64,000 nucleotides of DNA from contig LNDP01000023.1 of the NCBI GenBank assembly GCA_001464665.1, positions 158,157 through 222,156 of the forward strand. The letters are read 5' to 3'. Source of the DNA: Acidobacteria bacterium Ga0074141 (lineage in GTDB: Bacteria; Acidobacteriota; Blastocatellia; Pyrinomonadales; Pyrinomonadaceae). The notes below the pieces were generated by a model, which worked only from the letters and a program-made list of their open reading frames with translations, was not told the DNA's origin and made no database searches. Below are positions 27,485 through 34,934 of the stretch, in pieces; positions within the stretch are counted from its first letter, which is position 1, and each line of letters opens with the position of its first letter. The position numbers and the translations under genes were made by a program.

Positions 27485-27991
27485 ATGAACAAGATAATCG
27501 TATCGTTTGTCGCAATCATCTTTTTCATTCCCGGCATCGCCGCACAGATCGCAGATTCGGGAACGAAGCGGTTCATACTTGATCCTGTCGAAATCGAAAA
27601 CGAATGGGATGGTAAGTATTTTTCCATACGAACGGTATATGTCCTCGTTAATGAGGAAGACTTTAGTTCAAACACGGCAACGAGCTTGGTAAAAGAAATT
27701 TCAATGAAGTTTCCAAAGCCCAAGAAACTTTCTATATATATTTTTTCAGAGAAGTCGCGGCGCGAAAGCTATAAGGAATACAGAAATCCGGGGATCAGCA
27801 TAGCCTTCCCAGACACCCCGGACGGGCGAAGGGCTCACGAATACCACGATGAATCCCGACGTCCAAAACCGGTTGGCCACTTTGCTCATTACTTTCGTGA
27901 CGAAGGTGGGTTCGAAGTCCTTCACATAACCGAGAAGAGCGGTGACGACTACCTGATTCCGGTGGACCTAACGCCGCACCCCAATAGCTGA
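27485..27991 (+). CDS. hypothetical secreted protein
   Basis: The ATG at 27485 gives the signal peptide MNKIIVSFVAIIFFIPGIAAQ and starts 2 nt after the upstream stop. The longer 27152 ORF overlaps the previous gene out of frame and is rejected. Confidence 0.55.
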   Translation: MNKIIVSFVAIIFFIPGIAAQIADSGTKRFILDPVEIENEWDGKYFSIRTVYVLVNEEDFSSNTATSLVKEISMKFPKPKKLSIYIFSEKSRRESYKEYRNPGISIAFPDTPDGRRAHEYHDESRRPKPVGHFAHYFRDEGGFEVLHITEKSGDDYLIPVDLTPHPNS

Positions 27992-28053
27992 AGTGCCGTC
28001 CCGGCCGCGAGGGTCTTCTTTTTTTGGTGGGTTCCGTTTATAATTCGGGAAGA

Positions 28054-28614
28054 ATGCTGCCGAGGGTAAAACACTATCCGATCTCCGTTGAGCTTTATCA
28101 CATAATGGCGGAACGCGGTACGTTCGCGCCCGATGATCGGGTCGAGCTGATCGACGGAGAGATCATTGAGATGTCACCAATTGGAAGCCGCCACGTTAGG
28201 TGCGTAAATTTTTTGTCGGAGTTCTTGAACCGAGGTTTCTCCGATCGTTTTATAGTGAGCGTTCAGAACCCGATCGTCGTTACAGATGACAGCGAGCCGC
28301 AACCCGACATTGCGTTGCTTGAACGCCGTGCAGACCTGTATATCGATGAACTGCCGACCGGCAAAGATGTGGCCTTGGTCATTGAGGTGAGCGATTCAAC
28401 CATCGCCTTTGACCGTTCAAGAAAGCTGCCGAAATATGCTGAAGCCGGCATTCCTGAAACGTGGCTGATCGACCTTGAATCGGAACACGTCGAGGTCCAT
28501 TTCTCGCCGAAGGAAACGGCTTACGGCATCGTCAAGATCTTTCTCCGCGGCGAAACTGCCGTCTCCGAAACCCTGCCCGCCCTCAACCTTCCAGTCAGCG
28601 ATATTCTTGGTTAA
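28054..28614 (+). CDS. Uma2 (DUF820) family PD-(D/E)XK endonuclease
   Basis: YELIDGEI-like VELIDGEIIEMSP, PDIALL and LVIEVSDST...KLPKYAEAGIPETWLIDL match the Uma2 family pattern. The ATG at 28054 gives the usual length of about 186 aa. Confidence 0.75.
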   Translation: MLPRVKHYPISVELYHIMAERGTFAPDDRVELIDGEIIEMSPIGSRHVRCVNFLSEFLNRGFSDRFIVSVQNPIVVTDDSEPQPDIALLERRADLYIDELPTGKDVALVIEVSDSTIAFDRSRKLPKYAEAGIPETWLIDLESEHVEVHFSPKETAYGIVKIFLRGETAVSETLPALNLPVSDILG

Positions 28615-29588
28615 CCGCCGACAGACCATTTATCCCACGCGGCTTTTGCGATGCGGGCAATGACCGCGTCGCGGGTCTTTTCGTCCCCCCGCGAATCGCC
28701 GACAAACACTGCGATGATGATGTGACGGTTGTGCGGTGTCGTGATGATGCCGACGTCGTTGGTGGCGGCCGTTACGCCGTCAACCGTGCCTGAAGTTCCT
28801 GTCTTGTGAGCGACCAGGGTGCCCGCCGGCAAAAGCCCCTTCAGGCGATTGGGGCCGGTCGGGGTTTTGTACATAAACGCTAGCAACAGCAGTTCTTTTT
28901 CTCGTTTGTTGAAGTCGGGCCTTGAAGGCCCATTCTGTTTCCAGAGCGAGTCGAGAAGCTGAACCGCGGCTTTCGGCGTCGCCCAGTTTTCGTATTGCCG
29001 CTCGTTGTTGTTCGAAAACTCCTTGTGAGTGTAGCGGACCTTCATCGCCTCAACGCCAAGCGAATCTATATAGCTCTGGACGCCTTCCGCTCCGCCCGCG
29101 ACCCGCTGAAGCACATCCGACGCCGTGCCGTCGCTCACGCTCACCGCAAGCTCGATGAGTTCTTCGACCGTGGCTTCGCCGCCGTTTGGGTTCCTGTCGC
29201 GAAATGGTGAATGCATCCGCGAAGGGACAAGCTCGTCCTTGCCGACATTGATCTTTGCGTTGCGTTCCAGTTCCCCGGCAACGACCTTTTGCATGACCGC
29301 CATCGAGATCGGCACTTTGACGACGCTCTGCATCGCGAACCGCTCGTCCGCATTGAACTCTGCCGATTCGCCCGTTTCGACGACGCGGGCATATACGCCA
29401 ACTCGCCCCTGCGAATCCTTCACAATCTCCGCAAACGCACGCTCGAGTTCGGCATCGCGGGTGACCGCCGGAGTTGGTGTTGGCGTACTTTCGGCCGACG
29501 AAGTAGCCGTACTCGCCGCACGCTCCGCGGAGCACGAAACGAACAGCAAAAAGCCGATCGCGATCGAGGCAAAACTAAGTCTTTTCAT
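28611..29588 (-). CDS. class A beta-lactamase-like serine hydrolase lipoprotein
   Basis: Lipobox LLFVSC, SxxK (SVVK), an SDN-like SDG and KTG (HKTGTSG). Confidence 0.8.
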   Translation of the reverse strand: MKRLSFASIAIGFLLFVSCSAERAASTATSSAESTPTPTPAVTRDAELERAFAEIVKDSQGRVGVYARVVETGESAEFNADERFAMQSVVKVPISMAVMQKVVAGELERNAKINVGKDELVPSRMHSPFRDRNPNGGEATVEELIELAVSVSDGTASDVLQRVAGGAEGVQSYIDSLGVEAMKVRYTHKEFSNNNERQYENWATPKAAVQLLDSLWKQNGPSRPDFNKREKELLLLAFMYKTPTGPNRLKGLLPAGTLVAHKTGTSGTVDGVTAATNDVGIITTPHNRHIIIAVFVGDSRGDEKTRDAVIARIAKAAWDKWSVGG

Positions 29589-29591
29589 TGT

Positions 29592-30608
29592 CTAAACGAG
29601 GGTGCCTAAAATATTGGCGTCAAAAGAGTACAGCTCGTGATGCGTGGCAACTATCATCTCGCCCTTCGCCGTAAAACAAAGCCCGACCGGGGCGTGGGCC
29701 GATGCGATCCATTCGACCTCTTTCGCCGGCGAAACGCGGAAAATGCCCTGCCGTCCCTGGTAGTTCGCGGCCAGATAGATGTTGCCGTCGCGGTCAAACG
29801 CAAGCCCCTGCGGCCGGCCAAAAGCCCGGAGGAAAGTTTCGACCGTGCCATCCCTATCGATGGCGTAAATGGCGTCGCGGCTCGCAAGCCCCGGCGACGT
29901 CACGTAAAGCCGCTCGTCCGGCCCAAACGCCAGATGAAACGCCGCAACCGAGGGCTCGACCTGAGCAAAATGCTCCGGTATTCCGCCGATCTCACACCTA
30001 TAGATCGTACCCGAGCGGTCGCCGACGTAGAGCATTCCTTCCTTATCAAACGCGATTCCGGTCGCGATGCCCATCCCGGTCGTGATCCGCGTTGCCTCCA
30101 AGTCACTATCGATCACGTAAAGCTCGCCAAGTGCTCGGTTCGTTACGTAGAGTTTGCCGTCCGGCCCAAAGGCGAGCCCGCTCGGGTTCATCACCTGAAC
30201 CGGCAGCTCGTCTAAATATCCGTCGGGCTCAACGCGATAGAGCGTATTCACGAGCTGCATTCCGCGGCTGCCCGACCGCATGGCGTAGATTGCTCCGGTC
30301 GCCGGGTCGACCGCCGGAGAGCTGACGTTGTGAAGCCCTTCGGTGAGATGGTTTGCAAAGCCATGCCGAAAAGGCGGTGTGATATCAATGCCCGACTCGA
30401 CCACGCATTCCGGCTCGCCGGAAAAGGCCTCCGGCAATCGGACAATGATCCGCTTCGGCCCCGCCGCCTTTATAACGGCTTCAGCCCCGCCGATCGTCAC
30501 CCGCAGGCTTCGCGGCTCGATCGAAAGGCCGGCCGTGAAAATATGGACGTATCCATCGCCGGCGGCAAAATTTGGTTCTATTTTCTCGATTCGCGGGCCA
30601 AAGGTCAT
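29592..30608 (-). CDS. IPT/TIG domain plus NHL/SMP-30-like beta-propeller protein
   Basis: N-terminal IPT-like PRIEKIEP...VTIGG. It then has repeated NHL-type blades (GLAF.PDG.LYV.., GIAFDKEGMLYVGD, GLAFDRDGNIYLA). No signal peptide is visible. Confidence 0.65.
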   Translation of the reverse strand: MTFGPRIEKIEPNFAAGDGYVHIFTAGLSIEPRSLRVTIGGAEAVIKAAGPKRIIVRLPEAFSGEPECVVESGIDITPPFRHGFANHLTEGLHNVSSPAVDPATGAIYAMRSGSRGMQLVNTLYRVEPDGYLDELPVQVMNPSGLAFGPDGKLYVTNRALGELYVIDSDLEATRITTGMGIATGIAFDKEGMLYVGDRSGTIYRCEIGGIPEHFAQVEPSVAAFHLAFGPDERLYVTSPGLASRDAIYAIDRDGTVETFLRAFGRPQGLAFDRDGNIYLAANYQGRQGIFRVSPAKEVEWIASAHAPVGLCFTAKGEMIVATHHELYSFDANILGTLV

Positions 30609-30867
30609 AGTTTCAAGCCAATTCTACGACGATGGCAGCAAAGTGTCGAACAGTCGCGGGATATACAAGGAAAATACGGCAAAAAAGCATTGACCTCGGC
30701 CGCCCAAACAGTTTAAACTGTGTTTAGCCGTCGTATGTTGTAAATGCAGCGGCTCACTCCTGTCCACGATCCCGGCAACGATCCGCCGGTTCACACAGTT
30801 AGTCACTTTGGAAATGCGGCCGGATACGGCTGATCTTGCAGCAAGCCTGCCATTTTCCGCAGTAAAT

Positions 30868-32019
30868 ATGCTCAACAGAATTGACGATCTCCTTCGGATG
30901 GCGATGAGCTTCGGTGCTTCCGACCTGCATTTGCGGGCCGGTGCGGTGCCGGTCATTCGCGTCAATGGCGAACTCAGATTACTTGGCGGGTCGAACAAGC
31001 TGACGCAAGAAGAGACGCTCGAAATGGCGTTTTCGATGATGTCGAACCGCCAAAAGCAGCACTTCAAGGACGTTTTCGAGGTCGATATCGGCTACGGCGT
31101 AAAGGGTCTCGGACGATTTCGCGTCAACATTTTCCAGCAGCGGAACTCGATCGGCATCGTCGCCCGCGTGATTTCCGACAAGATCTCGAACTTTTCCGAG
31201 CTCGGCTTGCCGCCGATCCTGAACAAGGTCTCGGAAGAGATGCGCGGCCTGATTCTCGTCACCGGCACGACCGGTTCGGGTAAATCGACAACCCTCGCTG
31301 CGATCGTCGATCATATCAATGAGGTCCGAAATTGCCACATCGTCACGATCGAAGACCCGATCGAATTTCTCCACAAGGACAAGAAATCCTACATCACGCA
31401 ACGCGAGGTCGATGTCGATACGCGCAGCTTTGCCGAAGCCCTCCGCGGCAGCCTTCGGCAAGACCCGGACGTTATCCTCGTCGGTGAAATGCGTGACCTT
31501 GAAACCATCGAAACTGCTCTCGTAGCCGCAGAAACAGGCCATCTCGTGCTCTCGACGCTGCATACGCTCGATGCACAAGAGACGTTGACGCGAATAATCT
31601 CGGCATTTCCGCCGTTTCAGCAAAAATCGATCCGCATCCAGCTTGCCGGGCTTCTGAAGTCGGTAATTTCGCAGCGTTTGATGAAGACAACCGAGGGCAA
31701 CGCCCGTATTCCGGCGGTCGAGGTGCTTATTTCGACGCCGCTCATTCGCGACTACATTCTGCATGAGGAAAAGACCGTTTCGATCCGGGATGCGATAGCC
31801 GCTGGCACGTCGCAATACGGTATGCAGACCTTCGACCAATCGCTTTTTTACCTTTATTCTTCGGGGCTTATCACGCTCGAAGAGGCACTTCGCGGCTCGA
31901 CCAATCCGGACGAGTTTCGACTCAGGCTCGCCGGCATCCAGAATACGACCGCCATGGCGAAAGAATCGATGGAGAAGGCAAGCGGCGTCGGAACCATTCA
32001 AGACCTTATCATCCGGTAA
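30868..32019 (+). CDS. pilT: type IV pilus retraction ATPase PilT
   Basis: ASDLHL, Walker A GTTGSGKSTT, Walker B ILVGEMRD and His-box TGHLVLSTLHT. The internal ATG gives 383 aa. Confidence 0.92.
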   Translation: MLNRIDDLLRMAMSFGASDLHLRAGAVPVIRVNGELRLLGGSNKLTQEETLEMAFSMMSNRQKQHFKDVFEVDIGYGVKGLGRFRVNIFQQRNSIGIVARVISDKISNFSELGLPPILNKVSEEMRGLILVTGTTGSGKSTTLAAIVDHINEVRNCHIVTIEDPIEFLHKDKKSYITQREVDVDTRSFAEALRGSLRQDPDVILVGEMRDLETIETALVAAETGHLVLSTLHTLDAQETLTRIISAFPPFQQKSIRIQLAGLLKSVISQRLMKTTEGNARIPAVEVLISTPLIRDYILHEEKTVSIRDAIAAGTSQYGMQTFDQSLFYLYSSGLITLEEALRGSTNPDEFRLRLAGIQNTTAMAKESMEKASGVGTIQDLIIR

Positions 32020-32038
32020 CGACTACGCCCGCTATTTC

Positions 32039-32074
32039 ACGAAATGGCCGGACCCGCCGGCCATTTCGTATTTT
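32039..32074 (+). terminator. rho-independent terminator of pilT
   Basis: Perfect 13-bp stem ACGAAATGGCCGG / CCGGCCATTTCGT with loop ACCCG, followed by ATTTT. Confidence 0.85.
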
Positions 32075-32144
32075 CACGTCGGCGTCCCAACGCTGATTCA
32101 TAGCCGGAAGTGCCGATTTTTTAACACTTTTCGGGTTCTAAACC

Positions 32145-32174
32145 TTGACACCTAGGACTACCCGCGTGTAAATT
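32145..32174 (+). promoter_or_regulatory. candidate sigma70-type promoter of rpsA
   Basis: TTGACA (32145..32150), an 18-nt spacer, then TAAATT (32169..32174). It would give a leader of about 200 nt. Confidence 0.45.
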
Positions 32175-32379
32175 TTAGTTTTACCTGAACACGCCTGCTC
32201 TCCGCTTGTTCGAAGCTCTGATGGAACAACAAATGGGCAGGCTTGGAACAGAGCCTACGCTCTTACGGTATCTCATAAGATCAAGGTTCGTTATCCGCCC
32301 TGCCCTAGCCGCTGGCAAAGTCGGATTCAGGTAAAGAATTGCGGCAATCAATATTTACAGGAACGTTTAAACACACTTA

Positions 32380-34539
32380 ATGGCAACTGAGGTTAACAAA
32401 GCAGCGGAAGAAACCGAGAACGGCACCGCCGCGGCAAAAGAAGTAGCAGAAACGGCAAAAGCTGAAGCGGCAATTGAGGCCGCTGATGAGGCGTTGGGCT
32501 CGAATGACATCGACTTTGGCGCGATACTTGAGCAGTTTGAGCAGGACCAGGTGACGTACCACTCCGGCGACATCGTCGAAGGAAAGGTCGTCGGTGTCTC
32601 CGACCATGGCGTGCTCGTCGATTTCGGCTACAAAAGCGAAGGGATCATCCCGGGTGATGAATTTCCTGATGGCCCAGACTCCGTAAAGGTCGGCGACGTT
32701 CTCGAAGTGATGATCAGGAACATCTCGACCGGAGATGCTCCGCCGCTGCTTTCCCGCGACGATGCAGCTAACAGAAAGATTTGGGCCGATATTGAGGAAG
32801 CTTATAAGAATGAGCAGCCGATAGTCGGCAAGATCGTCAGCAAGACCAAGGGCGGGCTCAATGTCGACCTCGGTGGTGTTGAGGCATTTCTCCCGGGCTC
32901 GCAGATCGATTCGCGTCCGGTAGGTAATCTCGACGCATATATTGGCCAGGACATCGAAGCTCAGATAATCAAGTTCAGCCGCAAGCGGAACAACATCGTT
33001 CTCTCGCGAAAGGTGATTACTGACCAGGTCATCAATGAACAGAAGGCAGAAACCCTCGCTGTGATCGAGGTCGGCCACGTCATCGAAGGAACGGTCAAGA
33101 ACCTTACCGAATATGGTGCGTTTGTCGATATCGGCGGCATCGATGGGCTTCTCCACGTAACAGATATGTCGTGGGGAAGGATCCAGAACCCCGGCGAGAT
33201 GTTCAAGCCCGGCGATAATATTCAGGTAAAGGTGATCAAGCTCGACCGCGAGAAAGAAAAGATCTCGCTCGGTTATAAACAGCTTCATCCTGACCCCTGG
33301 TCAACTGTCGTCGAGTTCTACCCGGTCAACACAAAGCTTACGGGCAAGGTATCGTCGGTTGCGGATTACGGCATTTTTGTCGAACTGCAGCCTGGAGTCG
33401 AAGGACTTGTCCACGTCTCCGAGATCTCATGGTCAAAGCGTCCGGGCAGCCCCAAAAAGCTTCACCGCCGCGGCGACGAGGTCGAAGTTCAGGTTCTCGG
33501 TGTCGACACCGACGAACGCCGCATCAGTCTCGGCATGAAGCAGATGCAGGACAACCCTTGGGACTCCGTCGCTGCCCGCTTCCCGGTCGGCACAAAGATC
33601 CGCGGCAAGGTTCGCAATCTTACGGACTTCGGTGCCTTTGTTGAGGTCGAAGACGGCATCGATGGGCTCGTTCACATCTCGGACATCACCTGGGGCCGCA
33701 AGCTTCAGCACCCGAAAGAACTTCTGAAGAAGGACCAGGAAGTCGATGCGATAGTGACGAACATCGACATTGCCGGGCAGCGTCTCTCGCTCTCGATGAA
33801 GGACCTCACACCGAGTTCATGGGAGTCGTTCATCGCAACGCACAAACCGGGCGATACGATTCGCGGTAAGGTTTCGCGGTTCACCAATTTCGGTGTTTTT
33901 GTCGAACTCGGCGATGGGCTCGAAGGGCTTTGCCACATCTCGGAACTTTCCGACGAGCGTGTCGAAAAAGCCGAGGACGTTGTTCAACTCGGCCAGGAGA
34001 TGGACTTTAAGATCCTCCGCATCGAGAACGAAGAGCAGAAGATCGGCCTATCGCATCGTTCGGTCGGCAAGGACGACGAACCGATCGTTGATACCCGCCA
34101 GTACACAAGCGTCGCGAAGGGCGGGATGGCTTCGCTCGGCGAACTGGCGAATCTGAAGTTTGGCTCGGCCGCTCAGCAGCCGGCTGAGGAAAAGAAAGCC
34201 GATAAGAAAGCAGATAAAAAGGCCGAGCCTGCAGCAGAAGAAAAGGTTGAACAGCCCGCTCCTGAGCCTTCAGCAGAAGAAGCAGCTGAAGAGCCGGTGG
34301 CTGAAACAGCAGAAACGGTAGAAGCTCCGGCCGAAGAGGTTTCTGAAACGCAAACCGAAGAAGCGACCTCTGAAGTAAAGGCTGACGAGGAAGTTGCCGA
34401 AGCGACCGCCGCCGAAGAAACGGCCGAGGTTGCGGAAGCGGCCGCTGAAGAAACCGTAGAACCGGCGACCGAAGCCGAAACTCCCATCGAAGCCGAATCA
34501 TCGGGCGACGACGAAGCAGCAGACGAAAAGACTGCCTAG
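32380..34539 (+). CDS. rpsA: 30S ribosomal protein S1 with long acidic C-terminal tail
   Basis: Six S1 (OB) repeats (G.V..V...G.FVD..G..GL.H.S). The last roughly 150 aa are Ala/Glu/Lys/Thr low-complexity sequence. Confidence 0.95.
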   Translation: MATEVNKAAEETENGTAAAKEVAETAKAEAAIEAADEALGSNDIDFGAILEQFEQDQVTYHSGDIVEGKVVGVSDHGVLVDFGYKSEGIIPGDEFPDGPDSVKVGDVLEVMIRNISTGDAPPLLSRDDAANRKIWADIEEAYKNEQPIVGKIVSKTKGGLNVDLGGVEAFLPGSQIDSRPVGNLDAYIGQDIEAQIIKFSRKRNNIVLSRKVITDQVINEQKAETLAVIEVGHVIEGTVKNLTEYGAFVDIGGIDGLLHVTDMSWGRIQNPGEMFKPGDNIQVKVIKLDREKEKISLGYKQLHPDPWSTVVEFYPVNTKLTGKVSSVADYGIFVELQPGVEGLVHVSEISWSKRPGSPKKLHRRGDEVEVQVLGVDTDERRISLGMKQMQDNPWDSVAARFPVGTKIRGKVRNLTDFGAFVEVEDGIDGLVHISDITWGRKLQHPKELLKKDQEVDAIVTNIDIAGQRLSLSMKDLTPSSWESFIATHKPGDTIRGKVSRFTNFGVFVELGDGLEGLCHISELSDERVEKAEDVVQLGQEMDFKILRIENEEQKIGLSHRSVGKDDEPIVDTRQYTSVAKGGMASLGELANLKFGSAAQQPAEEKKADKKADKKAEPAAEEKVEQPAPEPSAEEAAEEPVAETAETVEAPAEEVSETQTEEATSEVKADEEVAEATAAEETAEVAEAAAEETVEPATEAETPIEAESSGDDEAADEKTA

Positions 34540-34575
34540 TTCCGTTCGCTTTCAAACAGTACGGGAGACTTTGCA

Positions 34576-34851
34576 ATGACAAAAGCAGACCTTGTCGAGC
34601 GTGTCGCGGTTGAAGCGGAACTCACGAAAAAAGATGCGGAGCAGCTGGTAGAGATAGTACTTGACAGCATCATCCACTCACTGAACGAGGGTGAGAAGAT
34701 CGAGCTTCGCGGATTTGGGAGTTTCCGTATTCGCGAACGCAATTCGCGAAAGGGCCGAAACCCGAAGACCGGAGCGGCAGTTGATATCCCGGCAAAACGG
34801 GTAGCCTATTTCAAACCCGGTAAAGAACTCAAGGAACTGATCAACACCTGA
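34576..34851 (+). CDS. HU/IHF family DNA-binding protein (IHF-beta-like position)
   Basis: MTKADLVERVA..., RGFGSFRIRER..R.GRNPKTG. It sits directly downstream of rpsA, as ihfB does in E. coli. Confidence 0.9.
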   Translation: MTKADLVERVAVEAELTKKDAEQLVEIVLDSIIHSLNEGEKIELRGFGSFRIRERNSRKGRNPKTGAAVDIPAKRVAYFKPGKELKELINT

Positions 34852-34873
34852 TCGCTTCGCTAAGAACAAAGTT

Positions 34874-34912
34874 AAATGGGCTGAGGGTAACTTACCTTCA
34901 GCCCATTTTCTT
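34874..34912. terminator. bidirectional terminator between the HU/IHF gene and the pgpH-like gene
   Basis: AAATGGGCTGAGGGTAA c TTACCTTCAGCCCATTT long stem with T-runs on both strands. Confidence 0.85.
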
Positions 34913-34934
34913 TATTCTCGATCTGCTCTACGGT

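Noticed and set aside
34007-34582. 191-aa and 104-aa minus-strand ORFs opposite the rpsA tail.
   Set aside because: These are low-complexity artefacts of the GAA/GCN-rich tail sequence.
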